Assembly (NCBI GenBank): GCA_028534125.1
Contig: CM052817.1
Location: 14,200,001 to 14,264,000 of the forward strand
Length of the DNA stretch: 64,000 nt
Reading direction: 5' to 3'
Source of the DNA: Lama glama
Taxonomy: Eukaryota
Of the stretch, positions 1-14,158 are shown piece by piece. The notes beneath the pieces are model-generated. The model had not been told where the DNA came from, did not search any database, and saw only the letters and a program-made list of their open reading frames with translations. Within the stretch, counting starts at the first letter, position 1. Each line of letters starts with the position of its first letter. Position numbers and translations under genes: made by a program.

Positions 1-194
1 TGCGAGGGAAAAGGGAACCACAAACAGAAAAGTATGAGTGTGGCTATAGACCTCAAGAGCATCACAGAGGAAGATATAGTCTACAAAATCATGATGCATT
101 CACTTCTTTAGGAAGTACACACACATTTGTATATTGTATATGTGTGTGTTTGTGTATATATACACTAACCTGTTTACCATTGAAATTCAGAATA

Positions 195-410
195 CCAATG
201 CTGTTAAGAACAGAGCTGGAGTAGATTGTCTGGGTTGAAATTCCACCTCTGCAGCTTACTAGCTATGTGTTCTCACCTTCAACCCTCAGTTTTCTCATCT
301 GCCAAATGTTTATAATAGAATCTACCCACAGGATTATTATGAGGATGCTGTGAGTTACTTAACAGGGAGCACACAGGATAGGGTGGAGCAGTCATCTGTG
401 TGTTAGCCAA
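195..410 (+). mobile_element. MIR SINE fragment
   Basis: ctgggttgaaattccacctctgcagcttactagctatgtg...cctcagttttctcatctg matches the MIR core. Confidence 0.75.
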
Positions 411-589
411 AACTATTTTTACAATGCCATAGAAATAAACATGTGTTTAATTGTGCAGGTGCAAAATAACGGGTTTACAAACACATCTATTTCTATGTAG
501 ATAAGTGGAGAATTCACTGTCCTGATAAACGTAATGCTAGTTTACACGTTGCATATCCTTTTGAATTTTAAAAAGCACCAGGAGCACCA

Positions 590-810
590 ACTACAACGGC
601 TACCACTTATTGAATATTTACTATGTGTGTGGGCTGTGCTTAACACTTCACTTGCATTATATCCTTTAATCCTCCCAACGCCTGAAGAATGAAGTATTAT
701 TACAAGCCCTCTAAAGGATTAGTAACTTGCCCAAAGTAACAAAACAAGCAGGTGGAGGAACTGCAATTAGAATTCAAATCCAATTCTCTGTCTCCAGAGT
801 CTGAATTTTT
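590..810 (-). mobile_element. MIR SINE fragment
   Basis: cacttattgaatatttactatgtg...tttaatcctcccaac...agtaacttgcccaaagtaac is reverse MIR. Confidence 0.75.
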
Positions 811-2469
811 GGTGCTGTTATTTTTTACCTTCTGCACTATTTATGAGCTTAGATAACATGCCACACCTGAAAAAAATGCAAGTTCCCATTTTGGAGACTC
901 ATATAAGTTTCTATTAACATAGGAAAACACTCTTGAGCTAATTTCTACAAACAAATCTCTTATTGGCCATTAATCTCTTCTATTAATATTCTAGAACAGT
1001 AATGCTGGAAAAAGATCTTAGAATAAAGAAGAGCTAGTTTTAAAATGTAAAACCTAGAATATCTGCTCAACCAAATGCTGGATAAATCACTAGTTTCTAC
1101 CTATTCACAAAAGAAACAGTTGATTTATAGTTAGAGGGTACAGACTGAAATTTAATAAACTCCTCCAGCACATACACGTGTCCCCACCCCACCCCCCAAA
1201 CCAAGCAGCCTCAGAGCATTATGTTGTTAGTCGCCTTGTTTGTTATCTGCTGAGGATGCTCTTTAGTAATGGTCAATTGTCTTGATGATGTGCCCCATCC
1301 AGTGTCACTTAGTCAAGAGAATGCAATCTGAAATCCATTCCACCCTCTACTTGCAATGGTGGGCATCCTGGGACAGAGAAAGGGGGTATTTTTTTTTCTA
1401 ATCACAATTAAAGAGTAATCTCTTCTAACAAGCACCTTGCACCCAGGGCTGTGCCATCTTGTTTACCAGCACCCATGTACCCAGGGAAACAGCTAATGCA
1501 TAGTAGGTGCCAAATAAATGACTGATTAAAAAAACAAAAACTGAATGATTAGTATGCAAAAGAAGGAAGGCAAAATTGCTCCTCACCCTTCTCTCCTGTC
1601 CTGCACCTTGCACGGTTCAGGGCTGATGCTACTTGCTAGGAGGTTCTCACCCAGAATTTCTATGCCATGTTGTGAAATGGAAGGCCCAGGACCTAATGCG
1701 TGATTCTCTCCAGAATGCACACATGGACGTGCCCAGCATAACAAATAACAAGATTAGACCCCATGTGGGCTCTCTTTTGCATAATAAAATCCCACATGTT
1801 AAGATGCAGATTTATTTTAAGCCCTGGAAGTGCTGACCATATGCCTCAGTGGCTGAGGAGATGGCTACTTAATAGATAATCTGAAATGCACGCCAAAGAA
1901 CTAATCATGGCCATCTGATCATCATGCCCCATCAAAACCCAGAAATGAGGAGCCAGGGAACAGAGCCAGAAACTGCCAACATATCTCACAGGCAGGAAGA
2001 GGCCGGGAGTCTAAAGGGAGGGGTTGAAAAATGAGCATTTCCCCTAATGCCAATAACAAAATAACAAAAACAGCAATAACAGTAATACAGCTCTATTACA
2101 GGGTGCTTGCTATGAAACATACAATTCATTAAACATGTTACTACTGTAACCTTATTGAATCCCCTCTCCCTGGGGAAGGTGATGAGGACACTGATACGCT
2201 AGAGGGCAGAATATTTTCCAAAATCTACATCCTAAAATGGGGTCTTTACTCATAATTTTGTTGACGGCCCCAAGCTTTGGACCACTGCCCTACAGAAACT
2301 GAAACATCTTAGGTACTAAACACTTGCTTATTGAACAACGAAATGACACAGTGAAATCATTCATCATTAACTGAATTTAACAGCTCATAGTGAAAAACTC
2401 GCAGCTCCATGATGCGCTTAGAGGACAGTTTGCCTTTCACTAATGACTGAGAGTCAGGCCTTAGCCTCT

Positions 2470-2910
2470 CTATGAGTTTGTTGGAGTCACCATGACCAAC
2501 AGTGTGGCTTAAAGAACAGAAATTTATAGTCTAACAATTCTGGAAGCTGCAAGTCCAAGATCAAGACATCAGCAGATCTGATGCCTTCTGAGGGCTGTGA
2601 GTGACAGTCTGTTCCATGTTTCCCCCCACCTCCTGGTGGTTGGCTGGCAACCTTCAGCGTTACTTGGCATGTAGACGCATCGCCTTTATCCTTGCCTTCA
2701 CATGGCGTTCTCAAGTCTCTGTCCAAAGTGCTCCTTTTTATAAGGATACCAGTCATATTAGCTAAGTGGCCCTCCCTACTCTGGTATGACCTCATCTTAG
2801 CTAAATTACATCTGTAACAAACCTCTTTCCAAATAAGGTCACGTTCTGGGGCACTGAGAGTTAGGACTTCAACGTAGGATCTGAGGGAGACACAGTTTGA
2901 CTCATGACAG
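2470..2910 (-). mobile_element. MaLR solo LTR (MLT1B/C-like)
   Basis: ggcttaaagaacagaaatttat...ttctggaagctgcaagtccaagatcaag...tttccaaataaggtcacgttctgggg...ttaggacttcaac is the reverse of the MLT1 LTR. Explains ORF 2487..3023. Confidence 0.85.
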
Positions 2911-3838
2911 TCTCTTGTCTCTGTGCCCTTGCTCAAGCTGTTCTCTGCACTCAGAACACTGCCCCAGTCACTGTATCCCTGTCTCCTGTCTCCCCTGCCC
3001 TTTACAGTTGACCGATTAATCACTCAGGTCACTGCTACTATCTCTGTTCCTTCAGGAAGCCTTCCCTGATCTAGCTCAACGAGTGTCAAGTCAGCTAGTA
3101 TTATGAATAATAATATGAGTAATAGCAGATAAATATGAACCACACTGAGCAGACATGTAGCAGAGGCAGAAGGCAATACTGTCTTCCCAGTCCTGCTCTG
3201 TGACCATTTGCTTTTTAGTTCTCTTACAATAATATTTTTTTAATTAAAGAAAATCAAGGCAGCTCCTGAGCACTAGGTTGCTACCTCTGTTGGTTTAGTA
3301 TTTTCTGGCACCTACTTCGCTGTAATAACAGATCTACAGGTCTGGTGCCAGATAAACTCCCTTTCCACATTCCACACTTTGTGATTGAGCTCAAGCAAGA
3401 CAAAAGATATCTAAGCCTCGCCTCTTTGTCTCTAAAATCAAGATACAATTCTCAGGCTGTAAAGTTGATGTGAGGACTAGAAACACACCTGGGATAGTGC
3501 TTGGCTCATGACTGGTACGCAGATACTCACTACTGGGTAATTATTATAATTAGGATTATCCCTATTATGTAAAATTAGTAGTATTAATGTTCTTTTACTC
3601 TGTAATGTTTTTTCTGTTCTACAGGATCAGAAGTAGAAAAATACATCTTTTAGACCTATCTGTAACAAGAGAATAACTAGACTCTGAGTGGGGCTCTTTC
3701 TATGAGTCAATATGTGAGCTCTGGTGCACAAGCCTGTGAAATCTACTGAGATCTACTGGAAACTCTCTTGGCTTGCAATGGCCTATAATTTGATGTTTGA
3801 TAAATCTGCAGCACGGTATTATCAATGAACCAAATATC

Positions 3839-3945
3839 TTTTTAAATTGAAGTACAGTCAGTTTACAGTGTTGCGTCAACTTCTGATGTACGGCATAATG
3901 TTTCAGTCATCCATATACACACATATATTCCTTTTCATATTCTTT
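3839..3945 (-). mobile_element. Very short 3' tip of a lineage-specific L1
   Basis: ttttaaattgaagtacagtcagtttacagtgttg...ccttttcatattcttt is the reverse of the same L1 3' end seen at ~6.1 kb and ~57.6 kb. Flanked by aaatatc at 3832-3838 and 3946-3952. Confidence 0.8.
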
Positions 3946-5290
3946 AAATATCATCTTACTTAAGATACACAAGCATACAGATAAATATTGAAAACAAGGA
4001 AAATCCTCTAACTACCATATAAGCTTTCCAGAAGCAAATGTTTAAAGGTCTCATTAAATGCATTTACTTCTATGGGAGGTAACTTGACTGCGTATTTAAC
4101 TTGAAGAATTCACCATTGTGTCTTAAATAATATGACCAGTGCTGTATTAGAGACAGGCAGACACAACAGAGCTCCAGGGTATCGCATAATGTATATTCTT
4201 AATATGATATACTTTAGTCTTGGTGGGGAAGGGGGAGGGGTGAGCAGCAGAGTGTCATGAGCACTAGACTGAGGGTAAAAGTCCCACGTTCCTTCTGTCT
4301 TGCACCATGACCTCTGTCTCCCTTGGGAAATGACAATGGTCTAAACCTTCAGTTTTAGGACTTTGATGATTCTGTAAGTGTTCTCCAATAAGAGGTTGGT
4401 AATGCAACAGAACTGCAACTCTCAGTTTGCAAATGTATCCTACTGACAAAGCTGAATTAGTACACAGACCAGTTCAAAGCCTCTTGAAATCATATGTGCA
4501 ATTTATATGCAGTTCACAAAGTACTCCATTGATTATTAGATTAGCCTCACATATTTCACCTGAAAATCTATTTGAGAAAAATTTACTTCTAGCTGCTTGG
4601 CAATCAATTGGGTGTTTTAATATAATAAAGAGTGGGTTTAAGAAATGGAATAAAACCTATATAGGTGAACTCTTCACTTTTCACTGAGAAAAGTAACTAA
4701 GATATTACAAAAAATGTTTAGGATGCTGCATTTAATATGAATGTTTAATATTAATTTTTAATATGAACATAAGTAAAAAAGGAATCGGCTTGACATTTTG
4801 GCCTGGACTACTGATATATATGGTGGTTTACTTTTTTAAATAGTTTAAAAATACTGCTGACTTAATGTTAAGTCAAATTTAAGACTTTATGAAGCTTGAC
4901 CATTTATTTCATTGGTATAATACACTAGAAACTCATTATAATAACATTTGTTACAGAGAAAAATAATTTTTTAAAAATCCACCATTGAATATTTTATGAA
5001 TACATTTAATTAGTTTGATAACTAAAGAAATATAAAACAAAATTGTCTAAAATATAATTGTCATGAATTGGAATGATAATAATATATTTATGTTCCAAGG
5101 TATGGTGATACCTCATCATCATAAGCTGACAATACCATTGACAATAAAACATGGCTATTCAGCAAATGATAATCATAAGAATCAGTGATTGACTGATACA
5201 CTCACTCATTGATTTATTCAAACAATGGCTTTTATTGAGAGCCTACCATATACTTGAAATAAAGAAATGGATATCACAAGTCAAACTTTT

Positions 5291-6170
5291 CACACCAGTC
5301 AGAATGGCCATCTTTCAAAGTTCCACAAACAATAAATGCTGGAGGTGGGGTGGAGAAAAGGGAACCTCCCACACTTTGGTGGAAATGTAGTTTGGTGCAA
5401 CCATTATGGAAAACAGTTTGGAGATTCCTCAGAAAACTAAAAATAGACTTACTATATACAGCAATCCAACTCCTGGGTATATATCTGGAGGGAACTCTAA
5501 TTCAAAAAGATACATGTACCCCAATGTTCATAGCAGCACTATTTACAATAGTCAAAACATGGAAGCAATCTAAATGTCCATTGATAGATGACAGGATAAA
5601 GAAGCTTGGTATATATATATAAATGGAATACTATTCAGCCATAAATGAATAAAATAACGCCATTTGTAGCAACATGGATGGATCTGGAGATCGTCATTCT
5701 AACTGAAGTAAGCCAGAAAGAAAAAGAAAAATACCATATGATATCACTCATATGTAGAATCTAAAAAAAAAAAGAAAGAAAATAAATAAGAAGACACTAA
5801 TGAACTACAAACTTATCTACAAAACAGAAACAAACTTGCAGACATAGTAAACAAACTTATGGTTACCCGAGGGAAGGGGAAAGGGGTGGGAAGGGATAAA
5901 TTGAGAGTTTGAGATTTGCAAATATTAACTACTATATATAAAATAGATTAAAAAACCAGATTTCTTCTGTATAGCACAGGGAACTATATTCAATACCTTA
6001 TAGTAACCTCTAATGCAAAAGAATATGAAAATGAATATATGTGTATGTGAATATATATATACACATATATATGTATTGTGGAAATATTATGCTATAACCA
6101 GAAATTGACACATTGTAACTGACCATACTTCACCAAAAATTAAAAAAACTGCGAAGTAAAAACAAAAACA
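5291..6170 (+). mobile_element. 5'-truncated lineage-specific L1 (ORF2 C-terminus, 3' UTR, A-rich tail) with 15-bp TSD
   Basis: ORF2-like peptide (QPLWKTVWRFLRKLK, CTPMFIAALFTI), G-rich 3' UTR tract at 5871-5895, and a perfect TSD acaagtcaaactttt at 5276-5290 and 6171-6185. Confidence 0.95.
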
Positions 6171-6479
6171 ACAAGTCAAACTTTTGGGAATGCTAAGATC
6201 TTACATTCTCAGGAAGCCAGGTATCTTACCACACTCTAAACTCAGAGTAATTTGCATGTAATTGGCACTCAAAAACTGGTTATAGAGGAAATCAGGCACT
6301 ATATTTTCTTTACAATCTGGTGATCTGTGTATGATCGGCATTTTAGTTCACGTATTTACTTTACTGGAGCATTTCATTGTCTAACCATGTTAAAAATGAT
6401 GGCTTTTCTTAAACATATTAAAAACCTGAGTAGTGACCGAAATTTGGCTCCATCCAACATTCAATCTTCACTTTTTTAT

Positions 6480-7540
6480 TCCAATTTTTAAAAATCAAGA
6501 TAAATTTTAGAACAATTTTTGGTTTACAGCAAAATTGAGGGGAAAATACATAGATTTCCCATATGCTCCCCGCCCCCATAGGCATGGCCTCCCTCGTTAT
6601 CAACAGCCCTCACCAGAGTGGTACATTTGTTGTGGTGCATTTGATGAACCCATAATGATACATCATAATCACCCAAAGTCCATAATTTACATTACAGTTT
6701 ACTTCTGGTGTTGAACATTCTGTGCGTTTGGACAGATGCACATATATCTATCATTATGGTGCCATACAAAGCATTTCAACTGCCCTAAAAATCCTCTGTG
6801 CTTTGCCTCTTCATTCCTCCCTTATTCCCCAAACCCTGGCAATACTGACCTTTCTGCTGATTCCACAGTTTTGCCTTTTCCAGAAGGTCATAGAGTTAAA
6901 AATCATACAGTATATAGCCTTTTTAGATTGGCTTCTTTCACTTAGTAATACGCATTTTCAATTCCTCCATGTCTTTTCATTACTTGATAGCTCATTTACT
7001 TTTAGTTCTGAATAGTGTTCCATTATCTGGGCGTGCCACAGTTTGTGTACCCATTCATCTACTGGAGGATACTTGGATTGCTTCCAAGTTTTGGCATTTA
7101 TAAAGCAGCAGCTAAAAATATCCAAGTTAAGGGTTTTGTATAGACATAAGTTTTTAATTCTTTTGGGTAGATACCAAGGAGCACGACTGCTGAATAGTGT
7201 GGTAAGAGTACGTTAAGTTTTGTAAGAAACTACCAAACTGTCTTCCACAGTGGCTGTACCATTTTGCATTCCCACCAGCAACAAATCAGTGTTGCTCCAC
7301 ATTCTCATCAGCACTTGATATGGTCAGTGTTCTAGATTTTGGCCATTCGAATAGGTGTGTAGTGGTATCTATCACACTGTAGTGTTAATTTCCATTTCCC
7401 TGACATAAGATACAGGGTATTTTTTTCACATGCTTATTTGCCATCTATGTATCTTCTTTGGTGAGGTATCTGTTATGATCTTTGGTCCATTTTTTAATCA
7501 GGTTGTTTGTTTTCTTATTGTTGAGTTTTAAAAGTTCTTT
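6480..7540 (-). mobile_element. Old L1 3' region (L1MC1-like)
   Basis: ttacagcaaaattgagg...caccagagtggtacatttgtt...tgccctaaaaatcctctgtgct...ggctgtaccattttgcattcccaccagca resembles the reverse L1MC 3' end. Confidence 0.85.
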
Positions 7541-7544
7541 GGGG

Positions 7545-7710
7545 ATTTGCAAATTGCACCTTTTGGGGAGTGATAGAAATGTTAGCTATCTTGAATGTGG
7601 TAGTGGCTTCATTGGTGTATACATCTATCAAACTTCATCAACTTGTACACCTAAAATATTTGTGGTTTACTGAACAGGAACCATACTACAATAAAGGTGT
7701 TTTTTTAAAA
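7545..7710 (+). mobile_element. Old L1 3' end (L1ME/MC-like)
   Basis: ggggagtgatagaaatgttagctatcttga...aaacttcatcaacttgtacacctaaaat...aataaagg. Confidence 0.7.
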
Positions 7711-8479
7711 AAGCTATTTACATACTTTGAATATTAATCCATTTAAAAAATCTTACTCAGGATGTCTCATTTCTTCATTTAGTCCTGATAGAGCTGTCAG
7801 ATGAATCTTTTTTAAGCATGATCCAAATCGTGCATTTTTAGACTAATATATTTAATGGTCACCTTACTAGTTTTTATAGAAAATGGACTCTTTTGCCTGG
7901 TATCGCAACTCAACCCATTTCTATCTCTATTAGTCTTTCTCAACCTTAACTTCCATTATTTTTATACACCAAATAAACTTCCCAAACTAATTTCCTCATA
8001 TGAGTATTCAGATAATAATTGCTACAGTTTAGGTACTTCTTAGGATTAAGAAAAATGAAAACTGTGGCACACAGTAGGTACTCAATCAATCACAATACTC
8101 ATTGTTGTTACTGTTGACACTCTATGGTAGAAAGAGTATGATTACTCTAACAAAAGAAAACCCTGGTTTCAAGTTCTGTTACTTGCTAGCTCTTTGTTTC
8201 CAGAGTTAATTATCTCTTGGGCCCTGGTTTCTATATTGGTAAACCGGTGATAATAGATAACTGACTAATAAGAGGTAGTATTCAATTAAGAAATTAATGA
8301 GGGTAATCTGGTTTAAGGAAAAAAAAAAAACAAGGAGAGATTATTTTCATTCTCTTTCACCCTATATGTACTCCCTATGCTAGCTTCAGGCTAACAGCCA
8401 TTTCCTATACCTCTCCTTTCCGGCCAGCAGATTTTTTCTTGGACTAGTCCCTTAACTAGTACTCCTGTAGCTCTACCTT

Positions 8480-8760
8480 TCAATACTTTACCCATCATAC
8501 AAGGCTCATCTAAAATGTCTCCTTTAGTAAAAGTCCTCTAATTTTTTCACTAAGAAATATCCTCACTACCCCTCTACATCATACTAAATACAATACTTGT
8601 ACATACCTTTATACGTACCTCTTAACTTCCCTCATCTAGACGTGAGGCTATAGAAGGCAGGGACAGACATGTTATTTTCTGCATGTCTCTTAAATTACAT
8701 ACTTCAAATGCCCTGCACATAAGAAACATTCAATAAACTCTGGTTAAATGAACTGTGTTA
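8480..8760 (+). mobile_element. L2 3' end fragment
   Basis: ctagacgtgaggctatagaaggcagggac...cattcaataaactctggttaaatgaa. Confidence 0.6.
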
Positions 8761-11700
8761 TGATTTTTCTGTATCTTTTAGACTCTTATATAACTCCTTA
8801 CCTCCCATCTAAAGTAAGTTCTATATTAAGGAGCATTTCACATCAAGCAGAATACATAACATATTTAACTTTCTACTGATTTACCAACACATCTTTTCGA
8901 ATTTTCCCTGAAGATGTGGGATCGTGGGTCGTTACAGAGGACAGCTGGAGAAGATTAGAGGAAGTATAGCTCAGAGCAATTTCAATAGTGAATTGGTGTG
9001 CTTTGCTTCTGAAATTAAAAACAGAACAAAACAACTCAGCAGAAGGAAAGAGGCTAGCACGGTCAGCTCCAACATGGAGGTCAGAATCGGCTCAGGGGGC
9101 TTGGGGCTTTCCACCCACTATCCTAACTTGAGAGAGCTATCCCTAACCAGGGGTCCAAATACGGGCTATTCTTATAACCTCGTTCAATTTTCCAGTAGTG
9201 GTTGTAGTGATGAAAACATAACAATGATACTTAAGTTTTCATTTACATGGCATTCTCACTTTCTAAATTGTGTTGCAACCCAATTCTGGGAGATAATTGT
9301 TATCAAATCTGTCTTTCCCATGGGAGTCCTGTGGCTCAGAGTGACTCATCAAATTGACACATCGTAACTAATACACCCACAAGATAGAAGATTCCAAACA
9401 AAAAAGTTACTCTCTGACTGCAACCACCACCCTCTTCTAGTACACCTCACCTTACAGATTCTTTTTTCCTTATTTTCCAACTGATATCCATGAAATGTTG
9501 AAAGGCAAGTAACAAACAAAAAATAAAACAGCAGACCTGCAGTGACCTTAAACCAGTGCCAAAAGGCAAAGGAAAAAATACCAAACAATTTTGGTGTAAG
9601 AAATTACTAAAAGCCTTTATTTGTCAAGGGAAAAAAATGTCTTAGATCTGAACTGAGTAAGGAGAGCATTCTAGCTGTGAAGGAGAACTCTCAGCCCCTG
9701 GTAGGGGGTGATACAGTCCAACCCAAGTAGTCTGCAGGCACTTCAGAGACAGGGCTGAATCCAAAGCTCTTTTTCAGAAGTGTGATGGGCCTTCCTCTCA
9801 CCTTTTGGACTGATGGATATGAGCCAGAGTGTGACCATTTCTGGTATCTTAAACACCATGTCACCTTCATCCTGAAGTTTTAAGGGACAGAAAGCAGAGG
9901 TGGGAGTGCCCTGAGGTATTTCTGCCTTCACAGGCTTCATATTTTTGTTAAATCGTTTTCCAGTAATGGAAAATACAATTTCTCTTTATTTCTTCTACAT
10001 GGTCATTTTTTTGTTTGTTTTTTATTTTAATCATAAAAATTTTCCAAAGTTACAGAGTTTACTATCTGAGTATGTAGTGTTTCTCTTGTCAAAATCCACA
10101 ACAGATATCCTTCCCTGCCCACTAACACCACGGAATGAAATAAATGTTGCCCGCTGGCCTGAAAGATGGCACACCATAACATCTGCCCATAAACTGACTT
10201 GCTAAACCACATTGGGAACTCGTCTCCCGTTATAAATGTAGCATTATGTAATCTACCCAGAAAAATGATAATAGCACAAAAGCAGTATTAATTAGGACCC
10301 TATTTCTTGCTACTTGAGCCTCCCATGTAACATTATCTTCATATAATTTTGGTTTGTGGTCTAAAATAATTGTTTCTATATAAAAATGATTGAAACAGCT
10401 TGGCAGTTATATGTGTTCACTCTTAAAAACCACAGATCCCATACACGGAGCCAACAGAAGGACTAAAATATTAACCAAGGAAAAAACTCAAGCTGTTATT
10501 GCAAATAAATGTTTGTTACATCTGAAAAAAATAGCAGGAGAAATAGGAAAGAAAGTTCCTCCAACATCCCCCAGTATTTTCTGTTTTCCAAAGGGAAACT
10601 TCGACAGTAGCTCTAATAATTTGGTCCAAGGGTTACTTGAAAAAGGAAATCAAACACAAAATTGATATATTTTCCATTGATAACTTACACTCCATGTAAA
10701 GAAGAAATATTGACTTTTTTAAATGTTGCTATAACAGCTATTTACTCAGAAAATGTTTCAAAACAATCTTATTTGGGGCAGGCAAGTAGGAAAAGGTTAA
10801 GACCCCAAAGTGAGGGCTATTTTAGAACTATCGGGGGGAAAAAAGCAATTCTTCTCAACAAGATTTATAAAATGACTTTAAATGAGTTTTTAAACTGTGA
10901 ATGTAGTCCTTGCCAATACTCGTTTCTAACTTACTTTCATTCTCGATCCTTTTAGGAAAAGGAAGTGTACATGGATGACATTAAAATGCATATCATTTCA
11001 AGGTGACTGCCACCTTGTTTTTTAAAACTCCCTTTCCCAAAGTGTAAGGTGGAATTTTATGATAGTCTCTCGACTATGAAAGTCGGACCCTGGCCCACAG
11101 TTGGGGGTGGGAAGGGAAGGTGTAAGAGTTTGGGGGCACTGTGAGGGCAGATGTCTGCTCTCGGCGCAGAGACCAGCCAGGATTCAGTAACGACTGTTGT
11201 ACCTGCTTTCTGCATGCCTTTGACCGCACAGGACTGGCCCTGCAAGTAGCTTCTAGGTGTTGCTAACTGACTCACATGGACCTTGAATCTGTGATCATGA
11301 CCTTGCCTGTGCTAAGGCCTAATACCTTAGAGTTGACTACAAGACTGCTTAATTTCCAAAAGGTCCTTTAGAACCCACTAACCTCCCTTCAGGTACTTCT
11401 ACACATACTTTGGGACCTCCTCAGACTGAATCCATTCCAGAAAAGTCTGACGTCTAATACACAGAAGTCCCCGTGTTAGAAACATTTATACGGCTTCTGA
11501 AATCTCTTTCCCACACACCGCTATTTTGTAGGTAAGGACATCAGTGCTGAGATGTGAACCCAAGCCCACTGTTGGTGCTCCTAGCCCCCACTACCACTGT
11601 GTGCGCTGGTTGCCCTCGGAGGCGCACCTGAGCATGAAAGCAGAGCCCAGCAAAAGGAACACACCCTGTGACCTGGTACCACTCAAACAGGGACGAGGAC

Positions 11701-11839
11701 AGTAGGAACCTGAGAATGTACTTGCTCTCATAATATACTGAAGCCAAATAAATATTTCTTCTCATCTTCCTGCTATTTAAAAGCTAGAAGTGGCTTATGG
11801 TGAGTAAAAAAGTTCAAGTGTAGGCTTACCTGGGGAAAT

Positions 11840-11960
11840 AGCCCTTTTAAAGCATAGATGCTGGGGTCAGACACCTAAGTTCATCTCTTGGCCTTGTTAT
11901 TTCCTAGCTGTGTGGCAATGGGCAGGTTACGTAATCCCCTGTGTCTCCGCTTCCCAGAGA
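11840..11960 (+). mobile_element. MIR SINE fragment
   Basis: ctggggtcagacacctaagttca...ttcctagctgtgtggcaatgggcaggttacgtaatcccctgtgtctc. Confidence 0.7.
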
Positions 11961-14158
11961 TACACACAAGAGACTAAAACATGGCATTCATACCATAAAT
12001 GTAAGTCCTGTTCCTTCATTTAGCCATGCGGTCTATAACACACTGTGGATTAATTTTTAAGATATACAGGCTGTGAAGATTTTGTGCATTAGACCAACTT
12101 TATTGCATCGTTTTTGTGTTAAAAATTTTATTTTGTTCCATATGTGGTTTCAAAATTATCACAATAATTTTTGTGACCTTATTTGTTACTTTAATTTTTA
12201 ATATTCCAAGAGTCTGAAAAAAAATAAACATGACTTAGCCTTCCAGACTTTGGAAGGTTCTGACTTAAACACACTGATGCTAAATTCCTTCTTCTATAGC
12301 TGGCTATCAATGGCTCCCATATAGTAATTTTTGGTGAAGATGAAATAAAATAGTATATACAAAGGACCAGCACAGTGACTGGCACACAGTGAGCCCTCAG
12401 TCAATTACCAGTATTGTTATTTTTCAGAAAGGGAAAATCATTCTGAAAAACTTACTACTGGTTCTCTGATTAGCCAGTGTACTGTCAAAATTCAGGTAAG
12501 AGATCTTAAGTGAAATTTTTATGAACTTCTGTAGTACTCTCTCGTGTCCAGAACCTCTCTGGGTAAGAGAAGATTTGTTCTCGTTAACCCTCCTCTTCAC
12601 TCAAAAGTCAGGGATAGTGGGCAGAGAATTCATAGAAGACAAATGTGTAGGTGAAAATATTGTAGTAAGTGGTACGCAGTTATGAACCTAACTCTCAAAT
12701 AAAACTACAAACTTGGAAAGAAGTAAGGAAAAGCTGAGGAATGGTCACTACTCCTTTTTCCATCAACCCCCCGCTCCCCACGTTTTAAACAAACATACAT
12801 GCATTCTTTGTAGAAGCTTATTGACATGAAAGCCAAAAAACATGTCGTGGCTCAAAGAAGAATTGCAGATATGGAAATGTAAAAGGGAGCATCCACTAGG
12901 AAAACAGGCACACGGCCAGATGGCCCTTCATACAATGGAAATTCTTTTAAGAGCAATATGAGGTGTTGTTTGCAGTGGGCAAGGAGGTAAATTATAAAGG
13001 CATATCAGCCATTTAGCAAAACCTGTGCAAGGATGCCAAACTATGATGGATGCAGAAGACCCTCAGTTACCCATGTCTTTATTTCCCACTTGCAGGCTCA
13101 GCTGCAGCAAACTAGATATATCCCTCGAGGTCCTCATCCATCCCTGGACCATACATGGAGTTCCTTTTGGTCTTTTGTCATTTTCAATTATTGTAGACCG
13201 AGGAGGGTAAAACCAATTTTAACATTAGCTGTAGTAAAACACAGATAAAAGATAAGTTTATTAAAATTTATATAGTAAAAGACTTAAATACTATCAAAAA
13301 AAATCATTTACAAAAACCTCTTTATTTTCTCTGACCGCCATTTTGCTCCAAGCATTTCTCTAACTGCACTGCTTTTGTTCCTGTCAATAGAAGAATACTA
13401 CAGTCTTCTCAAATATTCTATTGGAGCCAAAATAAGAGATTACTTTTCAAAGGGAATGCATAAAAATAAAATTGGAATGTCTCAGCTTTGTTACTTTTTT
13501 TAAGATGAGAGCATAATGTGCTGAGGTAACACTGCCTTTCTCTGATTCAGAGGAACAGCTTGACGACGAGATAGATGGTACTTTGTCCATGATAACTTTT
13601 GTTTTCTCTATGTCATCAATTGAGCTGGATCTTTACCTCATTAGAACATTTGCAAATGCATCACTGCAACAGATCATCTCTCCACATTACTCTATCCATT
13701 ATCTGTAGAGCAAGTTCATCCAATTTCCCCAGCAGTTTATGAGAAAAACAAATAAAAGAAGGCCTACTTTCCCATATATCAGTGTAATTTATGCCAATGT
13801 TAGAGCCTAAGTATTTGTATTTTCTCTGGCTTTTCTATTTGCTTAACATATGAAGTAGCAAAGTTAATATTCTTCAGAAAAACTCTGCTCTGGTCTCTAC
13901 TGATTTGAACATAAAGTTCAAAAGGAGATGGTATCTTATAAAGACTCTAAGCTTACTGCATTAAATTAACCAGACTAATCTCTGTGTTTCACAGGGCACT
14001 TCCTCAGTGCAGTTTTACAGACATTATTTGAAAATGCTGAAGCTGTCTTTTATACAAAAAAACAATAATGAGACCTTCCTTCCAATGTCCCATGGAATGA
14101 AGAGATGGTAGGACATGAAAAGGAAAAGCTGCAGAAAGTTTGCATGGTTTCATGGACC

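Noticed and set aside
2196..2210. CTCF-like ACGCTAGAGGGCAG
   Set aside because: Mismatch at a key core position and located within a degraded MIR; no other support.
5350..5622. ORF resembling a protein
   Set aside because: L1 ORF2 C-terminal remnant inside a truncated L1; the same applies to 57097..57336.
13636..13702. Minus-strand cassette exon (ctctacAG...GAG|GTAAAG)
   Set aside because: Stop codon in the phase-1 frame, a weak donor, and no recognisable peptide.
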